Below, in pieces: positions 20,010 to 29,871 of a DNA stretch of 64,000 nucleotides (within the stretch, counting starts at the first letter, position 1; every line of letters starts with the position of its first letter). Made by a program: the position numbers and the translations under genes. The notes beneath the pieces are model-generated. The model searched no databases and was not told the origin of the DNA. It saw nothing but the letters and a program-made list of their open reading frames with translations. The DNA is from an uncultured archaeon (GTDB lineage Archaea > Nanobdellota > Nanobdellia > Pacearchaeales > GW2011-AR1): contig CABMHR010000001.1 of NCBI GenBank assembly GCA_902386025.1, positions 177,108 to 241,107 on the forward strand, written 5' to 3'.

Positions 20010-20038
20010 TAAAAATACCGAATATAACTTATAAATTT
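20010..20038 (-). promoter_or_regulatory. Duplicated promoter-like segment (second copy 20594-20622)
   Basis: AAATTTATAAGTTATATTCGG(T/C)ATTTTTA, 28/29 identical, TATA-like box about 25 nt before both start codons. Confidence 0.65.
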
Positions 20039-20110
20039 TCCTAATATTTTTTTCTTTCTTATTCTCTTGCCCCTTTCTATCATTGTAGGTTCTTTTTTAA
20101 AAGAACCTCA

Positions 20111-20593
20111 TTATCTTGTAATAGTTACTAATGTCTCCCCGTAATTTTTTACAATATTCATGCTTATTTTTCCCTTGACATTCTGGATGCAGAATGGATT
20201 TTCATCTTTGATTGTTTTTGCAATATCAATATTTTCAATTTTCTTTCCTGCAATTATGCTTTTGGAGGTGAATTTCATATTTTCAAACTCATCATTCTGA
20301 AAACATACAGAACTAATCTTTGTGGGCAGAGAATATTTCACGCTTTGGCTTCCTTCGCTGCTCTTCCACATTTTGTTTACATCTTCCTGAAAATTTTGCG
20401 AGAAGGTTTGTATCTGCACATCCTGCTGCATATTCAAAAATTTTGTTATAGCATAAAATCCAAAGACAAGAAAAACAATTATAAGAATAATGGAAAAAAT
20501 CATTCCGAATGATAAATTCATCTGTGCCGAGCGATTTCGCGGAATTAAGGCACGTGTTATGCAAGCGGGTTCGCGAGTTTTCTTATCCATCAT
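20111..20593 (-). CDS. Pilin-like protein, class III signal peptide, with 17-aa insertion
   Basis: MMDKK[TREPACITRALIPRNRS]AQMNLSFGMIFSIILII. Confidence 0.8.
   Translation of the reverse strand: MMDKKTREPACITRALIPRNRSAQMNLSFGMIFSIILIIVFLVFGFYAITKFLNMQQDVQIQTFSQNFQEDVNKMWKSSEGSQSVKYSLPTKISSVCFQNDEFENMKFTSKSIIAGKKIENIDIAKTIKDENPFCIQNVKGKISMNIVKNYGETLVTITR
20528..20578 (-). repeat. 51-bp coding-insertion element
   Basis: ACTCGCGAACCCGCTTGCATAACACGTGCCTTAATTCCGCGAAATCGCTCG on coding strand. Confidence 0.95.
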
Positions 20594-20732
20594 TAAAAAT
20601 GCCGAATATAACTTATAAATTTATCGAGACAATCCTTTATTACTATTTTTTATTATCAACATCTTTTGAAGACAATCAATCATACCTGCTCGTAACCTCT
20701 CGCAGATTTTTGTTAAATTTTATACACAGAAG

Positions 20733-21083
20733 TTAAATCCAATAACATCTCGTGGCAACCATAAAAATCTCATGCTGTTTAAATCTTCTTTTTAATGTCT
20801 CTTTATATTCTTTTAATTCCTTTATCTTTGCAACATTGCAGATAGTCATCTTATCTTCTGAATCAATTAAGATAGTATAAACAACTGTTTTATCATTATA
20901 TCTCTTTTTGTTATTTGGATTTATCCAAGAACCAATTATAGGGGTGTTGGTTGTATTTATCCCACCTGCCATTTTTAATAATTCTTCATAAGTATCAAAG
21001 AAAGATTCCTCTGGAATTTTCCCTCCCCCGTCTTCAAGGTTAAAATTAATAGGTAATTGTATATCTACTTTAAAATGAGTCAT
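20733..21083 (-). CDS. Hypothetical protein
   Basis: 116-aa ORF translationally coupled to 21083-21313. Confidence 0.6.
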   Translation of the reverse strand: MTHFKVDIQLPINFNLEDGGGKIPEESFFDTYEELLKMAGGINTTNTPIIGSWINPNNKKRYNDKTVVYTILIDSEDKMTICNVAKIKELKEYKETLKRRFKQHEIFMVATRCYWI

Positions 21084-21313
21084 TATTCTTCTTGATTTAT
21101 CGGTAATTCAGTAAAAGAAATATTATTATCACTCAAAATTCTAAGAAATCTTTTTTCTACAATAAACTCGTCCTGTTTGTCTGAGTAAGTATTTCCATTA
21201 GTCATTAACAGATAAAATCCCTTTATTTTATTCTCTCTTGAATGATTAATTTTTATTCTTACATAAATATGTTCATTTTCATTGTTAACACAAGAACAAA
21301 TTTCATCAGGCAT
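21083..21313 (-). CDS. Hypothetical protein
   Basis: 76-aa ORF, GAGGT SD upstream, TAATG overlap with next gene. Confidence 0.55.
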   Translation of the reverse strand: MPDEICSCVNNENEHIYVRIKINHSRENKIKGFYLLMTNGNTYSDKQDEFIVEKRFLRILSDNNISFTELPINQEE

Positions 21314-21383
21314 ATTTTTTAAACCTCTTTTTTAATATAAAGATATGTATAATAAACTATATATTCTTTTTGGATTTTTCTAA

Positions 21384-24300
21384 TTAGTAAGAACTGACAG
21401 GCCTTGCAATCAAGCTGCATTCAGCAGGAGATGGCTGGTTTCCAAATTCATCCTTGCACTTTATGTAGAATATGCTGTTAATATTCCAGTCTGTTGAATG
21501 AGCTAAATTATCTGCGGTTGTCATCTTTAGCCCGTCTTTAAAGTCATATCCGCAGTTGGTTGTGTCATAAACGCAGTCTGCTTTCTCGTTTGTTGTAATT
21601 TTCAGCTGATTGACGTCGTTGTAAACTCTTGTAACTATGGGGGCAGTTGTATCTGTCTTGACTGTAAATGTTGTTGCTTGTGTCTGGCAGTTTAATCCGC
21701 TGTCACAGCATTTTATTGAATAAGTATAAGTTCCTGAATCCAGCCATAAATCCTGTGAATGCTGATAAGAATCTGTGTTGGCAAATTTGGCGTAAATTGT
21801 TTCTGATGATTCTTTGAAGAAGCAGGCTGCTTCTCCGTTTTGATATCCTGCAGAAGTTACTGCTTCTAACTTAACGTGGACGCTTTGAGTTGAATCTTTT
21901 ATTGTTGTTCCGTCTAAAGGAGCAATGCTGTTAATTACTAAATCTCTTGTTCCGATTAGCTTGTAAACATAAGATTGTGTCATTGCTGTTCTTTCTGATT
22001 CTTTGTCTGTTCCCTGCTTTGAAGGATAGCTCTTGCATCTAAAGTAAAAGTTATTTTCAACTTCATCTCTTATTCCTGTTAATGTAGTTGTGCATTTGTA
22101 GAGCATATTTGCGCTTATTTCTGTGCTTTCCTGTGCGCAAGTCATTGTATTAGTCATTGCATCATAACTCTCGTCGTTGTGGCTCCATTTGCAGTCTGAT
22201 GGCTTGTCTGTATAAACATCAACTGATTTTGAAGTAACTCCTTTTTGTGTTGGCGCTCCGTTGGATGGGTTTGTCAGTTCAACAGAAGGGGCAGTTGTAT
22301 CTGGCTGGCTCTGGACGCAGTATTTGAATACAAATGTTCCGGCAGTTGAAACTCCATTCTTGCTCTGGCATCTTACATAAGTTTCATAATTTCCTCCATT
22401 TTCTATTTGAACTCCCTCGTCGCTTAACTCGCTTGTTCCTGGATGGAATGAAAGGATGCTGTGATTTTCTATGAAATGTCCTTGGCTGATTAATCCGGGA
22501 TTTGTCATACTGTCAAAAGTGCTTTTTCTGACAGTGTCAATTCTGCATTGTCCTGGCTTGTCTAAATTTATTCCGTAAGTTATTTTTTGGAATGGAAGTG
22601 CGCATCCGTCGCTGGTTTCTGTGTTGATTATTTTCACTCCCTTGTCAGATGCAGATGTTGTTGCAGGCTCGTATTTGAATCCTTCCTGCAATGCTCCTTC
22701 CCATGCAGACATTGTAGGAGGTGTGACATCATTTCTATTATTGAAATAACATTTCTCTTCGCTTGTTCCTTCATTCAGCAATTCACAATTCTGCCCCAAG
22801 CTCTCGCATTTGTATTTTGTGCAGGGCAATTGTCCTGTATTGCATTTCTCGCAGTTTGCTCCGCCTGTTGCAGGCTGCCACGAGTTGCAGGTATATTGAA
22901 CTGCTACAACTTCTCTTTCTCTGTGAAATATTACAAAGAGGATAGCAGAAATTCCAAGTCCAATCAATCCTCCTACAAATCCTGTAAATAAGAAAGTAGT
23001 ATCTTTTCCAATAACACCCAATCCAAATAATAATGTTTCAATTGCAGAACCTGCTGCATATCCTATTCCTAATACAATTCCTGCATCACTCCATGCCTGA
23101 GGATCTGGATTTCCAGGGATAGTGCTTATTCCCCATAATCCTGCCCAAAGTCCAACAGCAATAACAGAATTTCCAACTATCGCCCATATTCCTCCGTTGT
23201 TAAATATATTGCTTAAAAAATTTGGTGCTTCATCTTGAGTGTATCCCTTATATCCTGTTCCAGGAGATGCACTATTTGGATTTGTATTCCCTTGTTGTTG
23301 TGAAGTTAAATCAGTTACAGCTGTTTTCGCTTTTCCATACACATCTAAATAACCCCCTGCTAAACTAGCCATATCAACAGCTGATGGGGTGCTGGATGGT
23401 TCTTTTGATGTTTCCTTTTCCCCTATCAAGTCTAATTTATCACAACAAACACCATTTCCATTTAACTCTATAAATCCTGTTCTAACATTACAAGAAGTTC
23501 TAGTAGTCCCATATTTTGCATTTAAATCAACACACTTATTTTTATCTACGCAACTTGCTCCAGAATTGCATTTTTTATTTGCCTCTTCATTATTGTTTGT
23601 TCCAGTTCCAGTGGTTGCTGTTCTTGGATTTATTGTTAAAGTAAAAGATTTTGTATCTGTTCCTTTAATTTTTTGGCTTCCCCCCCCTGCAGAACAATAT
23701 GCTTTTGCAGTTACAGAGAAACTTGTAGAGCCTGCATTTTTTACTCCCCCCAATGAATAAAATTCCCCACTAAATTGATTATAGTCTATATTATGGCCTG
23801 CACTTCCAATAGTGCTTGCTGCGTTTGAAACTTCCCAATGAACTTCGCACCCGCTTAAACTATATATAGACTTTATATTTGTGGTTAATGTAAAAAGAGT
23901 ATCTTTTTGTCCAACAGTTACAGAAGGTGAAGCAGAATTTATAGCAAATGATGTTGATGAAGTTGTTGATGCTTCTGGGTTAATTATTGTTAAAGCAAAA
24001 GTTTTTGGATTTGATACATATAATGGATTATTCCCTTCACTTATTTGTGTTTGAACTTTAAAAGTATATGTTCCTGCTGTTGTTGGTGTCCCAGAAAGAA
24101 TCCCCGTTTCTGTATTAAAAGATAATCCTGGGATTATTAATTGAAAATTCTCTGGAGTCATTATTTTCCATTCATAATAAGCAAGAGAGGGTTTATACTT
24201 TGTTCCATAATTTACACTAAGTTGAAGAGAATATCCTGATTTACCTGCTTCCCATATTAATTGTGAATCTGTTACATCGTTTATGTCTATGGATGAGGCA

Positions 24301-24440
24301 GTAGCACTCACGATTTTGAATTCATTCCCAAGAAGATAAGCGAAAGCAGCGATGCTGACAACTAAGATAAAGATTTCAAATATTGACATTCCTTTTTCTG
24401 CTTTCCTCTTCAGCGAACTTTTGTTTTTTATTTTATCCAT
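21384..24440 (-). CDS. Large Cys-rich surface protein with class III-like signal and Ig-like domains
   Basis: AEKG|MSIFEIFILVV; PGLSFNTETGILSGTPTTAGTYTF (putative Ig); internal TM bundle; DTTAP repeats. Confidence 0.78.
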   Translation of the reverse strand: MDKIKNKSSLKRKAEKGMSIFEIFILVVSIAAFAYLLGNEFKIVSATASSIDINDVTDSQLIWEAGKSGYSLQLSVNYGTKYKPSLAYYEWKIMTPENFQLIIPGLSFNTETGILSGTPTTAGTYTFKVQTQISEGNNPLYVSNPKTFALTIINPEASTTSSTSFAINSASPSVTVGQKDTLFTLTTNIKSIYSLSGCEVHWEVSNAASTIGSAGHNIDYNQFSGEFYSLGGVKNAGSTSFSVTAKAYCSAGGGSQKIKGTDTKSFTLTINPRTATTGTGTNNNEEANKKCNSGASCVDKNKCVDLNAKYGTTRTSCNVRTGFIELNGNGVCCDKLDLIGEKETSKEPSSTPSAVDMASLAGGYLDVYGKAKTAVTDLTSQQQGNTNPNSASPGTGYKGYTQDEAPNFLSNIFNNGGIWAIVGNSVIAVGLWAGLWGISTIPGNPDPQAWSDAGIVLGIGYAAGSAIETLLFGLGVIGKDTTFLFTGFVGGLIGLGISAILFVIFHREREVVAVQYTCNSWQPATGGANCEKCNTGQLPCTKYKCESLGQNCELLNEGTSEEKCYFNNRNDVTPPTMSAWEGALQEGFKYEPATTSASDKGVKIINTETSDGCALPFQKITYGINLDKPGQCRIDTVRKSTFDSMTNPGLISQGHFIENHSILSFHPGTSELSDEGVQIENGGNYETYVRCQSKNGVSTAGTFVFKYCVQSQPDTTAPSVELTNPSNGAPTQKGVTSKSVDVYTDKPSDCKWSHNDESYDAMTNTMTCAQESTEISANMLYKCTTTLTGIRDEVENNFYFRCKSYPSKQGTDKESERTAMTQSYVYKLIGTRDLVINSIAPLDGTTIKDSTQSVHVKLEAVTSAGYQNGEAACFFKESSETIYAKFANTDSYQHSQDLWLDSGTYTYSIKCCDSGLNCQTQATTFTVKTDTTAPIVTRVYNDVNQLKITTNEKADCVYDTTNCGYDFKDGLKMTTADNLAHSTDWNINSIFYIKCKDEFGNQPSPAECSLIARPVSSY

Positions 24441-24452
24441 TTTCCTGTATTT

Positions 24453-26060
24453 TTATGCAGTTCCTGTGCTCAAGTTTGTTTTTGTTATGCTTTCCTGAAC
24501 ATTCCCCTTTGCTCCTGCATAATTTGTTTTGTCTCCGCAGTCTCCTAATTTAGTGCAGATGCTGTTCATCTTGCTTGCCCAGGTTTTTCCTCCGTCGTAA
24601 TTTCCATTTGCGTCATTTACGCAAGAGCAGTTATTTCCATTCCACCATAAATTATTGAGATCAGGCCCTTCGCATACATAGTTGGAGTTTATTATATCCT
24701 TCTTCATCTGAACATAGCATAAAGTATTCGCCAGCTGACAGGAATCTATTGCATCTGTTGTTCCGTCTCTTGCAAATCCTGGCTGGATTTTTGGAACGCA
24801 CAATCCTGCAGAGCTTGAATTGACAAGCTTTCCTTCTTCAACCGAATAAGAATATCCGCTGCTTGCTATCCAAGAGCAGTCTCTTACATTGACATCATTG
24901 CAGTCTTCTTCTTTTGTTTGAAGTATGCAGTCCTGCCAGACATTTGCCCTGCAGTTTGCAGACATAAAAGGGCTGTCTGTTGTTCCTATGTCTGATTCAG
25001 AGCAGACTTTCTGCCTTGTGGAATCGCATTCTTCCATTGTAACTTCTCCATTATAGCACATCATTCTGAAAGAAGTTGAACCAGGAGAATTTTCATTCCC
25101 TGCCTTCGCATCTGTTGCACACCAAGTCTCTCCGTGTTTTGGCTTTCCTGTTCCGCTGTAAATTCCATTGTAGCTGCTGCAGTCAAGGCTTCTGCATAAA
25201 TTATTTCCCACACTCACAGATTCTCCTGCTTTTTTTGTCTGACACATGCTTCCAGAATAATAATCGCAGTCTCCGCAGGTTGCAGAATTTTTATTTCCGG
25301 GATTGCTTGCAGCAGTGCAGTCTGGCTTTTGTATTGTTGTCCAATAAGGAACACTGTCTTTTTTGCTCGCATCATAAATATTTGCAAGATTTCCGCAGGT
25401 ATCTGTAAAATAAACATCATCTCCGCTGCATATTGTGTTTGCACTCTTTGCGCATATTGTTCCAAGTTCAGGCGCACTGCATAAAAATCCCTCGTGGAAA
25501 GATACATCTGACAATGTTTTTGCATTATTCTGGCAGTTTTCTTTTGTTGTCATCTCGCAGGTTTTTGCAGAAGTTTTTGCATCAGTATAAACACACGCCC
25601 CCTTTGCATTTGGGTTCGCGCTTGCGAGGCAGGTTAATTCATCATTTATATTCGCATTCCAGTTAATTGTTAATCCGTATGTTGAAGCCATCCTGTTGCA
25701 CGCAATCTGTGTTACAAATGCAACCTGATCTCCGAGAAGACAGCATCCCAAACTGCACTGGGATAAATCGCTTTCTGATTTATCGCTCCATATTCCTCCG
25801 TTGTTTGTGCAGACGCTTTCTGTTGAAGCAATGCAGGTTCCTTCCTTCTGGTTGATGCAGGTTCCTGTTTTGCAGTATGAAGTTGATTCGCATCCGGCAG
25901 AAATTGCATTATACGACGGATTGCATTCTGATTTTGAACTTTCTTCCTGGCACCATGCTCCAGAATTTGTTTTTTCACAGCAGTAATTTGCAGAACTTGC
26001 AATTCCAATTAAAAAAATTCCTAAAATTAAAAACGAATAAATTATTTTTCCTCTTTTCAT
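24453..26060 (-). CDS. Secreted Cys-rich surface protein
   Basis: MKRGK plus signal; CCEKTNSGAWC, LGCC, GACV motifs; start adjusted. Confidence 0.78.
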   Translation of the reverse strand: MKRGKIIYSFLILGIFLIGIASSANYCCEKTNSGAWCQEESSKSECNPSYNAISAGCESTSYCKTGTCINQKEGTCIASTESVCTNNGGIWSDKSESDLSQCSLGCCLLGDQVAFVTQIACNRMASTYGLTINWNANINDELTCLASANPNAKGACVYTDAKTSAKTCEMTTKENCQNNAKTLSDVSFHEGFLCSAPELGTICAKSANTICSGDDVYFTDTCGNLANIYDASKKDSVPYWTTIQKPDCTAASNPGNKNSATCGDCDYYSGSMCQTKKAGESVSVGNNLCRSLDCSSYNGIYSGTGKPKHGETWCATDAKAGNENSPGSTSFRMMCYNGEVTMEECDSTRQKVCSESDIGTTDSPFMSANCRANVWQDCILQTKEEDCNDVNVRDCSWIASSGYSYSVEEGKLVNSSSAGLCVPKIQPGFARDGTTDAIDSCQLANTLCYVQMKKDIINSNYVCEGPDLNNLWWNGNNCSCVNDANGNYDGGKTWASKMNSICTKLGDCGDKTNYAGAKGNVQESITKTNLSTGTA

Positions 26061-26061
26061 T

Positions 26062-26850
26062 TTATGATGTTGCATATCCCGCAGCCCATATCTGGCTCTT
26101 TGATGCAAATTCAAATTTATTTCCTGTATTTCTGTCTGTTATTGAATATATTTTCTCTCCGCTGTCTCTCAAATCTTTTTCAACTTTCAAATCGTGGTAA
26201 TACGCCATATAAGTTGTTACTTCTGCATCTCCGTAGGCAACTTCCCACTGCAGTATGCTATTAGCTATTGCAACTAATTCATAAAGATTATTGTTCAGAA
26301 TTACAACAAATGAATCATATTTCTGCGTGTCTCCTTTTGTCAATGTCAGTGAGTAATTGAATGTTGAGACAATTCTCTTCGGAAGAAGTTCAACTGATGT
26401 AGCTCCTGATTTCAAATCAACGCTGTATCCCTGACTTTCATAGCTGGATTTCATCGACGAGAAGCACGAATTAACTTCAGAAGAAATTGCATTTTTTATT
26501 TCTGATTCAATGTGCTGCTTCAGCATTGGCTGCTGGACAACGCAGAAAACTTTGTTTGTTGCCTTGAAATACTGGTTTGTGTAGCATAAAAATTCAACTT
26601 TATTGTTGTCTTTAAGAATAAAATTCTCTGGATTTAAACTTCCCCCCTGCAGCGATATCTTGGTTACTGCGTCGGTGATTCCTTTTTCAATGCAGGTTTG
26701 AATGTAAGACTGCGGAGTTTTTGCCTGTGCTCCGAAAGTTGTTTTAATCTGCGGATAAAAACTATAAATCAAAAAACCTGCAACAACAATTATTATTCCA
26801 ATAATAATAAATATAGTAATCTGCCCCTTTCTGTTCCACCTCTTGTTCAT
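26062..26850 (-). CDS. Pilin-like protein, class III signal peptide
   Basis: NRKG|QITIFIIIGIIIV; ISLQGG. Confidence 0.8.
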   Translation of the reverse strand: MNKRWNRKGQITIFIIIGIIIVVAGFLIYSFYPQIKTTFGAQAKTPQSYIQTCIEKGITDAVTKISLQGGSLNPENFILKDNNKVEFLCYTNQYFKATNKVFCVVQQPMLKQHIESEIKNAISSEVNSCFSSMKSSYESQGYSVDLKSGATSVELLPKRIVSTFNYSLTLTKGDTQKYDSFVVILNNNLYELVAIANSILQWEVAYGDAEVTTYMAYYHDLKVEKDLRDSGEKIYSITDRNTGNKFEFASKSQIWAAGYATS

Positions 26851-27063
26851 TCTATTTTTAAGATATCTTTATTTATAAACTTTAAGAATAAAAAGAATTT
26901 ATAGAAACGCATAAGCTGAAAGAGTTAAAAACTTGAGATATATAAAATAAGTATATACCCCCTAGGATTGACTTTGAGCAAACCTGGGTTTATCTTTAAA
27001 TATTTATTAAAGAAATTTTGTTTGGATAATTATACTTAAATAATCTTCTCATTTATATTGTTT

Positions 27064-27540
27064 ATGAGATTTGAGGTAGATTTAAGCGGATGTGATATTT
27101 TTATTGAAAATAGTGTTTTGGGACTTTCTAATTGTAAAGGGTTAATAAAAGGTTTTCAGATGAATAATAAGATTATTGGGGGTTTACAAACTAATTGGAA
27201 AGCAGGGAAATATTCGTGCAAATATTCAAAAAGGGGGTTGGGGTTTTTTAAGGCAATGGTTTATTCTTCAATAATTTGCGGGTTATTAGAATCTATCCAA
27301 GCGAAAGAAGTAGAATTAGAAATTTGCAGGGATCTTAGATTCCATGAGAATAACATTAGACAAAGATTAAATAAATTATTAAGAAAAAAGCTTGGAGTAA
27401 AAGTAAATTCAATTATTTTCAAATCTATGAAAGGGACTGATGTAGATAATTATGTTTATTTAATGTTTAAAGATAACTATAACTTGCTTCCAACATATGT
27501 TAATTTATCTTTATTGGACATAGAAAAATTCTTAATTTAA
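27064..27540 (+). CDS. Hypothetical protein, possibly DUF3800-like RNase H fold
   Basis: FEVDLSG N-terminal motif resembles xIDxSG; very AT-rich codon use. Confidence 0.5.
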   Translation: MRFEVDLSGCDIFIENSVLGLSNCKGLIKGFQMNNKIIGGLQTNWKAGKYSCKYSKRGLGFFKAMVYSSIICGLLESIQAKEVELEICRDLRFHENNIRQRLNKLLRKKLGVKVNSIIFKSMKGTDVDNYVYLMFKDNYNLLPTYVNLSLLDIEKFLI

Positions 27541-27616
27541 CGCATTACGGGCTTTTTACACCGATTCCTAGTCCGCCTCCTATATCATTTTCGGCAAGCT
27601 CGCTAGCATTAATGCG
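27541..27616 (-). ncRNA. Candidate small structured RNA convergent with 27064-27540
   Basis: GC-richer 76 nt closed by CGCATTA/TAATGCG; TTTATAAA box at 27640-27647 about 25 nt upstream on minus strand. Confidence 0.4.
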
Positions 27617-27714
27617 ATAAATCTCTTAAGAAAAAGACGTTTATAAATCTTTATCTTGATTAATTTAACCCCTTGCTTAGATTAGCAATCGCTTGTTGAG
27701 TAAATAATCTCGTG

Positions 27715-28440
27715 CTAATCTTCTGTTTCTACTCTCGGAGCCAGAAGAAAATTAAGCTCCATATGTTCTGTTTTCAAATCTATTCTAAGTGGATGGTCAT
27801 TTGCAAAATTCAAAATTGTTTTGTCGCAGATTTTCGCACCCTTCATAAATTTCTGCAGATATTCCAGGCTGTATTTTGATTTGCAGTCTTCTGCTTCAAT
27901 TTTTGCCTCATCTTTTGAAAATGCAGAGCGTGCAGAATTCAGCCCTCTTGATTCAATTATGAATCCCCCGTTGTTTATCACAAAAGAGCAGGCATCAGAA
28001 ACGACAGAGCAGTCTTCAATTGACGAAATTAAATCCATAGAAGATATCTCTACCATTGAGCTGTAATCCAAATTTGGCATTTCTTTTTCCTGTCCTTCAA
28101 CTTCAATTAGGTTCAGGCTGAAATTTCTTCTGATTCTGTCCTGAATCTGTATTTCAAGGCAGTTTTCTCTTTTTTCAAGAATCAAGGGGGTTCCTGTATT
28201 GCATCTTTTCAAAATTCTCTTTAAATTGTCAAGATTTATTCCAAGAACTTCATCTCCTGTTTCAAACTGAGAGAAAGCGCTTTTTGGAAGCCTGAATCTT
28301 ACCATTGCGACATTTGCAGGGTCTATTGCAGTAATGCTCATTCCAAATTCGCTGATTTTGATTCTTACTTCTGTCACTAATTCTGATATAACCTCTATCA
28401 CCCTTGAAAGCAGACTTGGGTCCTCTAATTTCACTAGCAT
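27715..28440 (-). CDS. pcn: PCNA sliding clamp
   Basis: AIDPANVAMV, YSLEYL, FLLAPRVE. Confidence 0.96.
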   Translation of the reverse strand: MLVKLEDPSLLSRVIEVISELVTEVRIKISEFGMSITAIDPANVAMVRFRLPKSAFSQFETGDEVLGINLDNLKRILKRCNTGTPLILEKRENCLEIQIQDRIRRNFSLNLIEVEGQEKEMPNLDYSSMVEISSMDLISSIEDCSVVSDACSFVINNGGFIIESRGLNSARSAFSKDEAKIEAEDCKSKYSLEYLQKFMKGAKICDKTILNFANDHPLRIDLKTEHMELNFLLAPRVETED

Positions 28441-28525
28441 GTTTATGGGAATATTGCCTCTCTTTTAAGTATTGCTATTTTTGAGTATAGGTTATTTATT
28501 TAAACTTTTCATATTTCTCCCTTTT

Positions 28526-29860
28526 ATGGAAACTTCTCCAAGCATAAGGGATGACAAACAGGAAGTTAGTCGCTCATTCGTAAAATCCGAACGAGAAGAA
28601 AGGATAAGAAAGATAACAAAAGTTTATTATTCAAAGCCAGAGATTCAAAAAGCAATCTTTAACTTTTCTATTAATAGGGAAGTTGTTCCCCGCTACTTTG
28701 AAGGATTTGGAAAACGCCCTGACTGCCTGCAGTATGAATCTGATATTTTTGAACTTGTGAAAAAAGGAGCAACTTCTTTTCATTGTTCAGAAGAGATTTG
28801 GGACAATCCCCTCAATATTCAAACAGGAATGACAGAGAAACAGCTGAATGGATTGAGAACAGGATGGGATTTGATTTTGGATATTGACAGCAAATATATT
28901 GATTACAGCAAGATAATGGCGAAAATAATAATCAATTTTCTAGAATTCAGCGGAGTAAGGAATGTAGGGGTAAAATTTTCAGGAAGCAAGGGATTTCATA
29001 TGATTATTCCTTGGAAAGCTTTTCCAAAAGAAATCAACGGAGTAAAAACTTCGGATATGTTTCCCGAATGGGCAAGAATTATTACAAAGTATATTATGGC
29101 TAAAACTCACGATTATCTCATAACAGAAATAACAAAACTTTATTCTCCAAACAAATACATAAAAGACAGAGAAGCTCCAAAAGAAGTAATGCCTGATTTG
29201 ATTCTTGTCTCCCCCCGCCATTTATTCAGAATGCCTTATTCTCTCCACGAAAAAACAGCGCTTGCAAGTGTTGTGATTGACAAGAGCAAGATTTCAGATT
29301 TCCAGCCCACAGATGCAAATCCGTTGAAGGCAGAAATAAAAAATTTCATTCCCAACTGTAAAGAAGGAGAAGCAACAAGATTGCTGATGCAGGCTCTTGA
29401 TTGGAACAGGGAAAATGCTCCGAAAGAAGAAAAGAAAAATTTTGAATACAAGCCAATTCAGATTACAGACCGCTCTGAAAAAAATTTTCCGCCCTGCATA
29501 AAAAAAATTCTTCTTGGAGTTCAGGATGGAAAGAAAAGAGCTTTGTTTGCTTTGATAAATTTCTTCCGCTCTGCAGGAACAGAAAAAGACGAGCTTGAAA
29601 AGATTCTTTATTCTTGGAATGAAAGAAATCAGCCCCCTCTTCATCAAGGTTATATCAAGACGCAGATTTCATGGGCTTTGAAAAGAAAACCAATAATGCC
29701 TCCAAACTGTATGGAATTTTATCAGGGAGTCGGCGTCTGCTCTCCAGATGAATTATGCAGGAGAATAAAAAATCCTGTGAATTATCTTGTTAGAAAAAAT
29801 TTTCAGTCAAACAGAAAACAATTGCCGAAAAATAAGGATAATTTTAAAAACAATAATTGA
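28526..29860 (+). CDS. Fused DNA primase PriS-PriL
   Basis: WDLILDID, KFSGSKGFH, RMPYSLH (PriS); FPPCI...PPNC...C...C...NPVNY (PriL Fe-S domain). Confidence 0.9.
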   Translation: METSPSIRDDKQEVSRSFVKSEREERIRKITKVYYSKPEIQKAIFNFSINREVVPRYFEGFGKRPDCLQYESDIFELVKKGATSFHCSEEIWDNPLNIQTGMTEKQLNGLRTGWDLILDIDSKYIDYSKIMAKIIINFLEFSGVRNVGVKFSGSKGFHMIIPWKAFPKEINGVKTSDMFPEWARIITKYIMAKTHDYLITEITKLYSPNKYIKDREAPKEVMPDLILVSPRHLFRMPYSLHEKTALASVVIDKSKISDFQPTDANPLKAEIKNFIPNCKEGEATRLLMQALDWNRENAPKEEKKNFEYKPIQITDRSEKNFPPCIKKILLGVQDGKKRALFALINFFRSAGTEKDELEKILYSWNERNQPPLHQGYIKTQISWALKRKPIMPPNCMEFYQGVGVCSPDELCRRIKNPVNYLVRKNFQSNRKQLPKNKDNFKNNN

Positions 29861-29871
29861 GTGTATAAAGA

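Noticed and set aside
28538..28595. Further 51-bp element copy in the primase N-terminus
   Set aside because: Only short matches (TCGCTC, TCCGAACGA); no colinear alignment or terminal stem.
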